The position numbers and the translations under genes were made by a program. The notes beneath the pieces are model-generated. The model ran no database searches and had not been told where the DNA came from. It saw only the letters and a program-made list of their open reading frames with translations. From a virus (lineage: Duplodnaviria; Caudoviricetes): a stretch of 56,682 nt of DNA. This document shows, piece after piece, positions 7,758-17,447 of this stretch (position 1 is its first letter; each line of letters begins with the position of its first letter). The stretch spans positions 1 to 56,682 of IMG/VR virus record IMGVR_UViG_3300028780_000007, one strand, 5' to 3'.

Positions 7758-8228
7758 ATGACTGAAGGATTAAAGCTCTTCAATGCAATTGCGGCAAAAG
7801 ATGCAGCGTACCAAGAACGCGATCGTCTTGTTGCTGCACTTTCAAAAATCTTTCCAGCTTTTCTTGAGCGTCATTCGGAAGAAGATAAAACATGGGACGA
7901 CGATTGGCGTTGGATCGTGTTTATTCTACTTCCGAGTGGGCAGGTAAGTTGGCATATCCATGATTCGGAATTAGGTATGTTTGATCATGTTCCACGTTTG
8001 GTTGGCCATAAATGGGATGGCCACACAACGCCAGAGAAGTATGAGCGTCTTGCAAAACTTCCTTGTGATCTTATTGAAGTTTGGAAAGAAATTAAGCGCA
8101 AAGCGCGAGAGCAGGTACTTGATATCGTCAACGATGAATTGGGCGATTGGGGCGGTCCAGAACGGCAGGTGATGTCTAACCGAGCCAAAGAAATTTTCAG
8201 GCGTACCGTCGAGCTCAACGCAGAATGA
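7758..8228 (+). CDS. hypothetical protein (WDGH motif)
   Basis: LPSGQVSWH...WDGHTTPEKYERL. Confidence 0.7.
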   Translation: MTEGLKLFNAIAAKDAAYQERDRLVAALSKIFPAFLERHSEEDKTWDDDWRWIVFILLPSGQVSWHIHDSELGMFDHVPRLVGHKWDGHTTPEKYERLAKLPCDLIEVWKEIKRKAREQVLDIVNDELGDWGGPERQVMSNRAKEIFRRTVELNAE

Positions 8229-10180
8229 GATCGGATTCCGAACTCAACGAGATTCGCAATCGCGTCTCGATCGTGGACGTCATTTCTCACTACACGCGCG
8301 TGGTGAAAGAGGGCGCCGGGTTCAAGGCCGTGTGTATCTTCCACGCGGACAAGAATCCGTCGATGAGTATCGATCCGGAGAAGCGAGTTTTTCACTGTTT
8401 CGGTTGTTCTGCGGCCGGTAATGTATTTCAGTTCGTTGAGAGAGCAGAGAAAATATCTTTTGAGGAAGCGGTAAAGAAGCTTGAAGGCGATCGTCCATAT
8501 CTGGACGAATCAAAAAAAGTTAGTTCCACGTTTCAGCGATTCTCAAACGCCGTGGAGTGGCCGATCGACAAGTGGATGCCGTGCCACAAAGCGGCGATGG
8601 AAAGTCAGGAGCTCGCCAAGGAATTCGCGGCGCGCGGGATTAAGTTCGAAACCATCTATCGTCATCACATCGGATTCATTCCTACCGGAGAGAAGTTGGT
8701 TTCCCAGAACGATGAAAGATTGGCATCGTTTCGCAAGAAGCCGTGGATTGGCTTCGCCTACGTGTACGGCCAAACCGTGCGGATGATCAAGTGGCGCCCG
8801 TTCTTTTCTGTCGGCAAGGAATTCATGCGCATCAAGGGCATGGCCGAAGTTCTTTACGTGGACAATCCGGAGCCCGATTCTTTGGAAGAAATTTTACTCG
8901 TTGAAGGAGAGATGGATGCCTTGACTTTATGGCAGTGTGGATACCGTGCGGCGTCGCTACCTTCGGGCTCGCAATCGAAGATCACTGGCGAGATGTCGGA
9001 TTACCTCGGTGGCTTCCGGAATATTTATCTTTGCGTGGACAACGACGACGCTGGAAAGCTTTGCCTTCGCCGGCTGTTGAAGATTCTCCCCGCGGATAAA
9101 ACGCGGATAGTTACCGTGCCGGCCGAGCATAAAGATGTGAATGGGATGTTTGTGAAGGGCTGCGGGGCCGACGATGGCGCGTTTCGTTTGGTGATGGACA
9201 AGCTTTTGAGCGAGGCTGAAAAGCCTTCGTCAGTAGCGTTCGAGTCGTTGGACAAAGCGTTTGAGGCGTACATCCGGTTTCTGGGAGATGAAGGAAACAA
9301 AGAGAAGTTTTTCGAGTTGCCGTGGCGCGCGGCGGACAACATGGTTGTGTTCGCGCCAGGTCAGACGGCCACGCTCGCGAGCACTCGGAGTAAGCAGGGC
9401 AAAACTTCGTTTATGATCCAAACGGCTATGCACAACGCGCTCTATCGCGCGCGGCGCATCGGCTACTACACCGCCGAAATGGATCTGGTCAAAGAAATGA
9501 TTCCTATGATCACCGCGCAAATCATGCGGCAGGATCGCAACCACCTGGAAGTGGACGACGTGGAGCAGGCACGCAATCGTTGCGTGGGCGCCGAGTTTTA
9601 CTTTGGTTACGATCCTGCGGCGCAGACCTGGGAAGACGTTGCGGCGCTGATTGACATGGCTGTTCGCCGGTTAGGTTTGGATGTGGTGATCATCGACCAC
9701 TTGGACTACATCATTCGCGAGCCGGATTTTCGCAAAGAGATGTCGGCGAAAAGCATGGCCATGAAGTATTTCAGCGAGCAGTTGGCCAAGAAGTACGGGA
9801 TCCTCGTGTGGATTTTGCGGCAATTCAACAAGCCGCATCAAACGAGCGGGAAAAAGCGAGATGAGCCTGGAGATATTTACAGCGTTCCCGGTTCGATTTC
9901 TGGAATTACGGACGTGCATCATGCGTTCATTCTTTGGCGCAAGATGGTTGCTTCGCTCGAGGAGAGCGGTTCCGGGGACGCGTACGAGAACGAATCGAAG
10001 CTGATTTTGGGGCTTACGCGCGCGAAAGGCACGGGCGGCCGTGTATGTAATTTGCAGTTTAATGGGAAATTTGCCAGATTCGATCGGCCGAACAGTAGTG
10101 ACGAAAAAGGCCCCGATGGAAAAGTCGTAGAGATGCCAGCGCCGCAAACTAATCTACCTTATCGGGATGCCCCGGATTAG
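8225..10180 (+). CDS. primase-helicase fusion (CHC2 Zn finger, TOPRIM, DnaB-like helicase)
   Basis: CIFHADKNPS...FHCFGC; VEGEMDAL and DNDDAG; QGKTS Walker A, VVIIDHL Walker B. Confidence 0.9.
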   Translation: MRSDSELNEIRNRVSIVDVISHYTRVVKEGAGFKAVCIFHADKNPSMSIDPEKRVFHCFGCSAAGNVFQFVERAEKISFEEAVKKLEGDRPYLDESKKVSSTFQRFSNAVEWPIDKWMPCHKAAMESQELAKEFAARGIKFETIYRHHIGFIPTGEKLVSQNDERLASFRKKPWIGFAYVYGQTVRMIKWRPFFSVGKEFMRIKGMAEVLYVDNPEPDSLEEILLVEGEMDALTLWQCGYRAASLPSGSQSKITGEMSDYLGGFRNIYLCVDNDDAGKLCLRRLLKILPADKTRIVTVPAEHKDVNGMFVKGCGADDGAFRLVMDKLLSEAEKPSSVAFESLDKAFEAYIRFLGDEGNKEKFFELPWRAADNMVVFAPGQTATLASTRSKQGKTSFMIQTAMHNALYRARRIGYYTAEMDLVKEMIPMITAQIMRQDRNHLEVDDVEQARNRCVGAEFYFGYDPAAQTWEDVAALIDMAVRRLGLDVVIIDHLDYIIREPDFRKEMSAKSMAMKYFSEQLAKKYGILVWILRQFNKPHQTSGKKRDEPGDIYSVPGSISGITDVHHAFILWRKMVASLEESGSGDAYENESKLILGLTRAKGTGGRVCNLQFNGKFARFDRPNSSDEKGPDGKVVEMPAPQTNLPYRDAPD

Positions 10181-10184
10181 TCGG

Positions 10185-10367
10185 ATGGCGAGCAAGCGGC
10201 GGATTCGCCGAAGGCAGTGCGACGGAAAGATCAGGCACTTGACGATGACGGCGGCGTGCGCCGCGGCCAAGAGTTTGCGGAATCGTGGCCACGGATTGGT
10301 GACGGCGTACGGATGCCGGTGGTGCCACGGATTTCATGTTGGTCATAGAAAGGGGATCAGTTTATGA
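10185..10367 (+). CDS. small basic Zn-binding protein
   Basis: CDGKIRH...YGCRWCHGFHVGH. Confidence 0.6.
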   Translation: MASKRRIRRRQCDGKIRHLTMTAACAAAKSLRNRGHGLVTAYGCRWCHGFHVGHRKGISL

Positions 10368-10627
10368 GTTCTCGAAAGAAGAAATTCAACGTGGGTGGCC
10401 GGGAGATTATGGGGCAGGAAATAGCTTTCGAGGGCGAACGGGAGTCGTGGAGCACTTACACTCTCGATGATGGGACCACACTGCGATTGAAATGCGTTGT
10501 GTCAACCATTGTTCGGCTGGATGAATATTTGCCGAATGGCGATCCCGCGTATTGGGTTATGGCCACAAACGTAGTGGCAACGGATGTACCGGAGCAGTTG
10601 AGAAAAGACACCGCTGCTCCAAATTAG
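10364..10627 (+). CDS. hypothetical protein
   Basis: 87 aa, coupled start. Confidence 0.65.
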   Translation: MSSRKKKFNVGGREIMGQEIAFEGERESWSTYTLDDGTTLRLKCVVSTIVRLDEYLPNGDPAYWVMATNVVATDVPEQLRKDTAAPN

Positions 10628-10645
10628 AAAGGGGGTGAACACACA

Positions 10646-10954
10646 ATGACACTGAGAAAAAGTCTGAGCCTAAGCAGGCTTCTGGAGATTGCGACGAGCG
10701 CACTGGTTTGTGCGTCACGACGAGCAGCATCACGTTTGATCAGCACGCCCCATTTCTGGTACCTGAGCATTACGAGTGTGCTGGCAAGTATGCTCTTGTT
10801 ACTCAGCATACCGACGATGGCGAGCAGTGGTCTTGCATTCCAATCCCAGAGCCTCCAGCTAAAAGCTCAGACTGAGCCGCGAACTGAGAGCCGGGTAGGT
10901 TCTGCGGCAAAAGTAACCGGCACACTCCTTGACACGCTCGCTGTTTTGATGTAG
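10646..10954 (+). CDS. hypothetical protein, possibly membrane
   Basis: 102 aa, purine-rich RBS, hydrophobic stretch. Confidence 0.35.
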   Translation: MTLRKSLSLSRLLEIATSALVCASRRAASRLISTPHFWYLSITSVLASMLLLLSIPTMASSGLAFQSQSLQLKAQTEPRTESRVGSAAKVTGTLLDTLAVLM

Positions 10955-10982
10955 GTTTCCACACGCCCAGAAAGGAAATCCA

Positions 10983-11231
10983 ATGGCTCTTCGGCCTCCA
11001 GCTTTTCAGATCGACCCAAGCGACATCCTTGCGGTAGACATCCTCAGAACTTACAAACAGCGGTACAACGGGTTTCTCCAAATGCGTTGGGCGAGATGTA
11101 TTTCTCCGGAAGAGAAAAAGAAAGTGTCCGACACCATGATTCACCGCATCGAGGAAATCGAGGCGATGATTGTGGCGTATGAGAAATTCCAAAAAGAAAA
11201 TGAAGGGACTGTTGGATGGCGGGACAGTTAG
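10983..11231 (+). CDS. hypothetical protein
   Basis: 82 aa, AAGGA RBS. Confidence 0.55.
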   Translation: MALRPPAFQIDPSDILAVDILRTYKQRYNGFLQMRWARCISPEEKKKVSDTMIHRIEEIEAMIVAYEKFQKENEGTVGWRDS

Positions 11232-11932
11232 TTCGCTCGAACAGGGAGGCCGAGGAAACGCGCCAGGAGTTGCAGCAAGACCTGAAGCGTATGTCGGAGC
11301 TTCGGACCGAAGCCGACAAACTCATGCCGCGGGTAGGCTTCAACGTCGTGAAGATTCGCGACGAGAAGTGGTGGCGGTTGTGGACGTCGAAGAAAAGCAA
11401 GCATGCCTTCGAGAGTTTTGGCCAGTGGATTGAGGAAGAGGCGGAGCCGTTCGGCCTCGGGGCGCGCTCGAAAGTTTACGAACTGATCTCGATCGCTGAA
11501 AACCTGCGGGAAATTCCCAAGTCAAAAGTCATGGAGTTCGGCCATTCCAAATGCGTGCAGCTTGCGCGCGTGGCGCGCCACAAGCCGAAGCAGCTTGGAA
11601 AAGTCATTGGATTCCTCGAGAAGAATCCGGAGATGCCGGTCCGGGAAGTGATGGATGCGGTCGCAAACGTTTTGGCCGGCCAGCACCTTGAGAACCGCGT
11701 GTATCGCCAGATGAATTTCGCTTTGAACGCGGAGGATTACAAAGCAATCTCACAGGCGATTAAGGTCAAGCAGATCATGGATCCACTGCCCGATCCGGAT
11801 TCTTTCGCGGCGCCGGGGATCCACTTGGCGAACATGATTCGGGATTTCATGTCTGGGGCGGAGCAGATTTCGGTGCTTAAGCAGCTTGATAAGTACGGGA
11901 AGAAAAAGCCCGGATTTGTTTTGGAAGCATAA
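11216..11932 (+). CDS. putative DNA-binding protein (DUF3102-like N-terminus)
   Basis: IRDEKWW...FESFGQWIEEE...GARSKVYELISIAE helix-turn-helix-like pattern. Confidence 0.55.
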   Translation: MAGQLVRSNREAEETRQELQQDLKRMSELRTEADKLMPRVGFNVVKIRDEKWWRLWTSKKSKHAFESFGQWIEEEAEPFGLGARSKVYELISIAENLREIPKSKVMEFGHSKCVQLARVARHKPKQLGKVIGFLEKNPEMPVREVMDAVANVLAGQHLENRVYRQMNFALNAEDYKAISQAIKVKQIMDPLPDPDSFAAPGIHLANMIRDFMSGAEQISVLKQLDKYGKKKPGFVLEA

Positions 11933-11945
11933 AAAAGGAGGAACT

Positions 11946-12284
11946 ATGTTTTTCGGCAGGAAAATAGCAGAAGTAACAGAGGTGGTCAAATCGGGTTTTC
12001 CCCGACCGCCAGCCAACGTGGATGTTCGAACTTCAAAGCCGCCTGTCGAAATTCCCGTATATGGGGATCAGGCAGCGGGGCTCACTCAGTTCGGAACCAC
12101 TTGGCTTTGTTTGGATGACATTCAGGTTGTGGAATTTGGTCCCCCAGATGGTTGTGGGGCGGAGATTCAGTTTCGCGGGACTTCAGGCGAGAACGAGTGG
12201 CACATGCCTGTTGCGGATGGGCTTGCTTTGCGGGCTTATCTCGAAGGGATGAATCAAGCCAAAGAGGCTGTTGACAAGGGGTGA
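11946..12284 (+). CDS. hypothetical protein
   Basis: AAGGAGG RBS. Confidence 0.6.
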   Translation: MFFGRKIAEVTEVVKSGFPRPPANVDVRTSKPPVEIPVYGDQAAGLTQFGTTWLCLDDIQVVEFGPPDGCGAEIQFRGTSGENEWHMPVADGLALRAYLEGMNQAKEAVDKG

Positions 12285-12511
12285 GCGATCGTCGGGACGA
12301 ACAAGATAGGCGTAAGCGTAGGGCCGAGCTTAAAGCCAACGGCCAGCCTTACCTAACCGACGAAGATGTGCGGGGAATTGTCACCGCAGGTAATGCACTC
12401 GCCGAAGCGTTGGACGACATTTTGTATCAAGAGGGCGCCAGTGGTTCTCTGAAAATGGAATGCGAGGCAGCGTTGACCACATGGAAGACCGCCTTAAGCG
12501 CGTTGTCCTAG
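12281..12511 (+). CDS. hypothetical protein
   Basis: 76 aa, GTGA overlap. Confidence 0.55.
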   Translation: MSDRRDEQDRRKRRAELKANGQPYLTDEDVRGIVTAGNALAEALDDILYQEGASGSLKMECEAALTTWKTALSALS

Positions 12512-12615
12512 ACCAAAAAGAATATCGGGAGTTGTGGAAAAAGTACTTCGATTCGTTTTGGAGGCATGATGGAAGATCACGTAGTGGTGGACGTCGAGAT
12601 TCAAAAGACGATTGA
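12481..12615 (+). pseudogene. truncated paralog of the N-terminus of HNH 13138
   Basis: MEDRLKRVVLDQKEYRELWKKYF versus MNDDLKRVVLTGPEYRELWWKKYF. Confidence 0.6.
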
Positions 12616-13141
12616 AGAAACACCCGGTGGGTGGGATGCGACCGATAAACTCGGCGTGGCTTGTGCTGTGGTGTACGAGTATATTGGCCAGCGATTTCGT
12701 ATTTATGGTCCGGATGACGTGAAAGCTTTGAAAGAGCGTCTTATGCGTGCCGATAGGATCAGTGGTTACAACATCTACCGCTTCGATTTTCCGGTAATTT
12801 TTGGGCTTTCTGGTCGTGGTCGAGTGTTGGAACTTCAGTCTAAGACAAATGATTTATTGATGCGAATTTGGCGTGCTCTTGGTTTGAATGATGACGCCGT
12901 GGATTTTACTGACCTTCACAAAGGCTGGAGTCTTGATGTTGTCACGAAGGGCACGCTTGGAATTGGGAAGATTGGTTTTGGTGGCGATGCCCCGAAGTGG
13001 TTTCAGGCTGGTCAATGGGGGCGTGTGGTGAATTACTGCGCCGATGATGTGGCGTTGGAGCGTGACTTGACGGATTTTGTGGATCGTTACGGTTTTGTGG
13101 TGAACGGAAAGACTAACCAAGTTTTGCGATTAAAAGATTGA
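12566..13141 (+). CDS. RNase H-like/DnaQ-type 3'-5' exonuclease
   Basis: VVDVE, GYNIYRFDFP, YCADDV (DEDDy-like motifs). Confidence 0.8.
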   Translation: MMEDHVVVDVEIQKTIEETPGGWDATDKLGVACAVVYEYIGQRFRIYGPDDVKALKERLMRADRISGYNIYRFDFPVIFGLSGRGRVLELQSKTNDLLMRIWRALGLNDDAVDFTDLHKGWSLDVVTKGTLGIGKIGFGGDAPKWFQAGQWGRVVNYCADDVALERDLTDFVDRYGFVVNGKTNQVLRLKD

Positions 13142-13389
13142 ACGACGATCTCAAGCGCGTTGTTCTGACTGGTCCGGAATACCGCGAATTGTGGTGGAAG
13201 AAGTATTTTGAGCAGGAAGGGAAATGCGCGGATTGCGGGAAGTCTGGAGGGCTGCAATTACACCACATTCACGGCCGTGGGCTTGCTGGAGGCTTCAGAA
13301 GAGATACGGAGTTGGAGACAGTGCTTTTATGCCGTTCTTGCCACTCAAAGGAAGATCAATCCAGACCGTCTAAATATGCCGAAGAGTAA
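13138..13389 (+). CDS. HNH endonuclease
   Basis: CADC...LHHIHGRG...LCRSCH. Confidence 0.75.
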   Translation: MNDDLKRVVLTGPEYRELWWKKYFEQEGKCADCGKSGGLQLHHIHGRGLAGGFRRDTELETVLLCRSCHSKEDQSRPSKYAEE

Positions 13390-14425
13390 AAAAGACGAAA
13401 AGAACGCTCGGATTGATTCCGCGCTCGCCACGATTACCAAGAAGTTCGGTGCCGGTACGGCCGTCCAGCTTGGGAAGCAGCCGCCAATGGAGCCGATCGA
13501 CAGTTTTTCTACTGGTTCGATTCTTGGCGATCACATGATTGGATGTGGGGGCATTCCGCGAGGACGTATCACTGAAGTAAATGGCCCAGATGGTGGGGGC
13601 AAGACCACGAGCGCTTTGCAGGTCGTTGCCAATGCGCAAGCACAGGGGGAAAACGCAGCGTACATCGACGGCGAGCAGGCTTTCGATCCCATCTACGCGG
13701 CTAAATTGGGAGTTAACGTTCCGGCGCTCTATCTCTCGCAACCAGAGTACGGCGAGAAAGCGATTGAGATTATTTTGACGCTTCTCGAAACGAAAGCGTT
13801 TGGAATCGTCGTTATGGACTCGGTGCCATCATTGATTCCCAAGGTTGTGCTCGAGAGCGACGTCGGCGATATGGGTTTTGCTTTGATTGCTCGCCTGTTG
13901 TCTGTTGAGCTTCCGAGGCAGCTTCCGATTTTGCGGAAGACAAACACGGCCATGATTTACATCAATCAGGTGCGCGATCGGATGAATGCGTATCCCGGTC
14001 AATCCACAACGCAAACTCCTGGCGGTCGTGCTTTTAAGCATTCCGCTTCGCTTCGCCTCGAGATTCGCCGGAAAGCTTCTCTGAAAGACGGCGATCGCGT
14101 GATTGGAGCTCGAACCGTCGTCAAGATGATCAAAAACAAAGTTGGCGGGGCGCCGTACACCACATTTGAGTACGACATGATTTACGGGTACGGGATCTCG
14201 CGCGAGGCGGAAGTAATCGAGCTTGGCGTGAAGTGTGGCGTTCTCGAGAAAGAAGGCTCGGTTATTATTTACAAGAATCAGCGTTTAGGGAACGGCCGCG
14301 AGGCCGCGCGCCGCTTCCTGGTGGATACTCCGGAGGTGATGGTCGAACTTTTGCCGCTGGTAAAAGAGGCTGTGAAGCACGACAAGGATTTGCAATTACC
14401 CTCGAGTCCGGCCGATGCAGAGTAA
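13376..14425 (+). CDS. recA: RecA recombinase
   Basis: GGIPRGRITEVNGPDGGGKTT, YIDGEQAFDP, VMDSV, INQVR, PGGRAFKH, KNKV; start re-called at MPKSKK. Confidence 0.95.
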   Translation: MPKSKKDEKNARIDSALATITKKFGAGTAVQLGKQPPMEPIDSFSTGSILGDHMIGCGGIPRGRITEVNGPDGGGKTTSALQVVANAQAQGENAAYIDGEQAFDPIYAAKLGVNVPALYLSQPEYGEKAIEIILTLLETKAFGIVVMDSVPSLIPKVVLESDVGDMGFALIARLLSVELPRQLPILRKTNTAMIYINQVRDRMNAYPGQSTTQTPGGRAFKHSASLRLEIRRKASLKDGDRVIGARTVVKMIKNKVGGAPYTTFEYDMIYGYGISREAEVIELGVKCGVLEKEGSVIIYKNQRLGNGREAARRFLVDTPEVMVELLPLVKEAVKHDKDLQLPSSPADAE

Positions 14426-14600
14426 GACTTGCGCGGATTGCGGCTGTCACTTGCTGACGATGAAGGATGGAAAGAGCGAGTGCTCGGCGTGCGGATCGAC
14501 GCGGCGGCGGTATTCAAAGCATCCGTTTGCGGTAGAGCAAAAGTGCCATTTTTGCAGGAAGGTCCCCACGGGGAAACTCTGCGCGATGCCAGTAAAGTGA
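14415..14600 (+). CDS. small Zn-finger protein
   Basis: Three CxxC motifs. Confidence 0.5.
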   Translation: MQSKTCADCGCHLLTMKDGKSECSACGSTRRRYSKHPFAVEQKCHFCRKVPTGKLCAMPVK

Positions 14601-14607
14601 GGTCGTG

Positions 14608-14751
14608 ATGGAATGTCAACACGATTGGAAGGAAGAGTATTACGGCTTCCGTTGCACAAAATGCGACCAATTTCATCCGTATGGTTTGGAACCATGGGCT
14701 TACTTCGACGAGTCGGAAGAAGAATTTCAAATGCGGGACGATGATGTGTAA
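14608..14751 (+). CDS. small Zn-finger peptide
   Basis: MECQHDW...CTKC; GAGG RBS. Confidence 0.5.
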   Translation: MECQHDWKEEYYGFRCTKCDQFHPYGLEPWAYFDESEEEFQMRDDDV

Positions 14752-14955
14752 ATGAGCTACCACGAGCCCGGAAAATACGTAGTGAAGTGGGACAAAACTT
14801 TTGCTTTTTACTACGCGCGGTATCGCGTTTTGAGTTTGGCTGGTTTGGACAAAGATACGATTGCATCCTACAAGTCGTTACCGGAAGCTTTTGCCGATAT
14901 CGCCCGTGTGATTGAAAACAATAAGCGTGTTGAGCGTCAGCGTGGAGGTTTGTAA
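14752..14955 (+). CDS. hypothetical protein
   Basis: Abuts both neighbouring genes. Confidence 0.5.
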   Translation: MSYHEPGKYVVKWDKTFAFYYARYRVLSLAGLDKDTIASYKSLPEAFADIARVIENNKRVERQRGGL

Positions 14956-15266
14956 TGCACCAAATGACTGATGGTCGAACGTGCAGATGGCCCGAGGGTC
15001 ATAGGGGTTGTTGTACTCTTTTTAAGCCTACTGTTTACGACGAAATTCGCCAGGAGCGGAAGGCGCAGGACAAGAAGTGGGGCGGCGCTGCGCACGATGA
15101 TGTGCATACGCAGTTTGATTGGTGTGAATTCATCCGACACCATACAAGCAGGGCCGTGGGTGGCCGTAAAAAGGACGATTACCGGAAGCAAATGATTCGA
15201 GTTGCAGCGCTCGCGGTTGCCGCCGTTCAATCGTTCGATCGAATCCACGGCAAAACGAAAGGATAA
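14955..15266 (+). CDS. MazG-like all-helical protein
   Basis: EIRQERKAQDKKWG...MIRVAALAVAAVQS. Confidence 0.6.
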   Translation: MHQMTDGRTCRWPEGHRGCCTLFKPTVYDEIRQERKAQDKKWGGAAHDDVHTQFDWCEFIRHHTSRAVGGRKKDDYRKQMIRVAALAVAAVQSFDRIHGKTKG

Positions 15267-15271
15267 ATTTT

Positions 15272-15622
15272 ATGGATCTAAATGGTTACGCCAAGCAAGT
15301 TCACGTTGCTAACGAAAAGTGGTGGAAGGATGTGCGGACGGGCGAGCCGGTCGATCGCAATTTCGGAGAATTGATTGCCTTGTGTCATTCGGAGTTGTCG
15401 GAAGCGTTGGAAGGTCACCGCAAGGATTTGCAGGACGACAAACTACCAAACCGCAAAATGGTTGAGGTCGAGTTAGTGGACTGTATGATCAGGATTTTCG
15501 ACATGGGCGCTGGGCTTGGAATGGATCTCGAAGGCGCCTATCAAGAGAAAATGGCTTTCAACGCTGCCCGCGCGGACCACAAGCCAGAGAATCGCGTTCT
15601 ACCTGGTGGGAAAAAGTATTAG
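15272..15622 (+). CDS. MazG-like nucleotide pyrophosphohydrolase
   Basis: ALCHSELSEALEGHRK...EVELVDCMIRIFD...EKMAFN. Confidence 0.8.
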   Translation: MDLNGYAKQVHVANEKWWKDVRTGEPVDRNFGELIALCHSELSEALEGHRKDLQDDKLPNRKMVEVELVDCMIRIFDMGAGLGMDLEGAYQEKMAFNAARADHKPENRVLPGGKKY

Positions 15623-15624
15623 AG

Positions 15625-16194
15625 ATGCTTGACCTTGCCCCATATCGAATCGCCGATGCGCAGGAGTCGGCAGACCTTCATCGACGTGCGCTCGGCGATT
15701 CGATCATCTACGACGGATCCTTCAAGCCTGTAACGCTCTCGCACAAGTTTGAGTTTGACTGCAAGCGTACCGGGAAGTGCTGCCGGCGCCGCGGGCCGGC
15801 GCAGAACTTCATTGGCATTACGTCCGACGTGCGGAGGATTAAGAACTATTGTGACGAGCACGGAATGGTGGTGGCCGGTTTGGTTCACGGGCGCGTGTTG
15901 AATCTTGACGGTTACTCGGAGAAGCGACGGCCGGTGGCGTACCTCGGCGGAGCGATTCTTGATTGCCAATTCTTGCGGGAGAATGACTGCTCGATTCATC
16001 CGGCGCGGCCGACGCTGTGCGCAACGATGCCGATTGGGTTCATTGTCGACCATCCCGCAAAACTGGTGGCGCTGGGATTTCAGACCAAGATGTTCGATAT
16101 CTGCCCGGAGTGTATGCAGGGGCCGTTGGTTTCGGTTGAGGATCACATTCGCGGCGTGATAACGCTGGAGTTGATTAAGGGGATGGAGGGTTGA
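15625..16194 (+). CDS. YkgJ/CxxCxxCC-family Cys-cluster protein
   Basis: CKRTGKCC...CQFL...CSIHPARPTLC. Confidence 0.75.
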   Translation: MLDLAPYRIADAQESADLHRRALGDSIIYDGSFKPVTLSHKFEFDCKRTGKCCRRRGPAQNFIGITSDVRRIKNYCDEHGMVVAGLVHGRVLNLDGYSEKRRPVAYLGGAILDCQFLRENDCSIHPARPTLCATMPIGFIVDHPAKLVALGFQTKMFDICPECMQGPLVSVEDHIRGVITLELIKGMEG

Positions 16195-16366
16195 TTGACG
16201 ATATACGGAATTTCTCTGCGGCCGAGAGATGGATGGGGGTTCTGTTGACGTTCGCCGTTCTGGTTTTGTTCTGGATCTTTCTCGCTGTTCTTTGCGTCGT
16301 GTTTATCCCGCTTACGATATTGGGGCCGGCAGTGGGATCGGACTTTTACCACGAAAAGAGAATTCG

Positions 16367-16813
16367 ATGAACACTGCGGCTAAAGGTCGGCGCCTTTTGA
16401 ACAAAACTGTGGCGAAGCTCAAGGAAATGGGCGCGCTTGCGGTTTTCCCGGCTAAAGGACTTCATCGCGGAGCTACGCATGGTGAGGGAATTCACCAAGT
16501 GGATTTAATCGCCTTCTTTGAAGATCATGTGGCGTGGGTGGAGTCGACCGACAAAAACCACCGTTCTCGAGCGCGAAAATACTTGCAAGCGTTGCCGGTA
16601 TTTCCCGTGATATACGTTTTGAGATTTATGGTTTTTGCTTGGGAAGAGAAGAATCCACACCCACTCATAGAAATTGTTCATGTTAAGCTACCGTCCATAT
16701 CTGGACGCGACTGGAGTAACGCCAATGCCGATGGTTCCAACGATGCTCGATTGCCCGACGTGCCTGAAGGAAGGGAAGCACAACCGTCTGAGCCGCGACG
16801 TACTGACGGATGA
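16367..16813 (+). CDS. putative Holliday junction resolvase-like nuclease
   Basis: MNTAAKGRR...VDLIAF...WVES; PD-(D/E)XK-like but degenerate. Confidence 0.45.
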   Translation: MNTAAKGRRLLNKTVAKLKEMGALAVFPAKGLHRGATHGEGIHQVDLIAFFEDHVAWVESTDKNHRSRARKYLQALPVFPVIYVLRFMVFAWEEKNPHPLIEIVHVKLPSISGRDWSNANADGSNDARLPDVPEGREAQPSEPRRTDG

Positions 16814-17207
16814 GCATTACTGTTTGGCCGATCACAAGTTTGCCGGCGAGCCGGCTGAGGCGGTAGCGGTCGCTCCGGATCCAGAGCCCGCGCGCGTGAA
16901 CGCGCCACCACCGGCGCCGCCAGTAAAGCCAGCGTCGGATGATCCTCCGCAGCCGCCAAGCGTGTTGACGCAGCAGGGTTTCGAGGTTCTTCGCGAGGCT
17001 GCCGCGAAAGAACTGGAAGATACATTTGGAAAGGCAATGAAACCAGAGGTCGAAGTAACTGCCGGCAACGATCGCCGCGTGACCGTCACGATTCCGGAAC
17101 GCGATTGGTCTGGGATCGTGGCATTAGCCGAGGAGAACAAAACATCGCCAGAACAGTACGTTCAAGATCGTATTGAGTATGGGTTGTCCAATGGCTGGTT
17201 CTTCTAA
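16725..17207 (+). CDS. Zn-ribbon plus C-terminal RHH-like protein
   Basis: CPTC...YCLADHKF, Pro-rich linker, ends GWFF; resembles ORF 44974. Confidence 0.6.
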   Translation: MPMVPTMLDCPTCLKEGKHNRLSRDVLTDEHYCLADHKFAGEPAEAVAVAPDPEPARVNAPPPAPPVKPASDDPPQPPSVLTQQGFEVLREAAAKELEDTFGKAMKPEVEVTAGNDRRVTVTIPERDWSGIVALAEENKTSPEQYVQDRIEYGLSNGWFF

Positions 17208-17429
17208 ATGGCCGACGCCCGATTCAAGGCCGGGGATGTAACCGAGACGCTGATTCACGCCACTGAAAAAGCGTCGGAGATGGAAACCACGGATGTGTTG
17301 GTGCTTCTTTACAAGAGAGATCCCGATTCGGATAGTTTCCGTCTCAAGATCGTATGTTCGGATGATGTGACAATTGAGTGTGCGAACTGGTTGCTCGACA
17401 AAGCCAAAATGTTTTTGTTGAACGAATAA
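17208..17429 (+). CDS. hypothetical protein
   Basis: 73 aa, operonic. Confidence 0.55.
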   Translation: MADARFKAGDVTETLIHATEKASEMETTDVLVLLYKRDPDSDSFRLKIVCSDDVTIECANWLLDKAKMFLLNE

Positions 17430-17447
17430 ATCTGATTGGAGGAAAGA

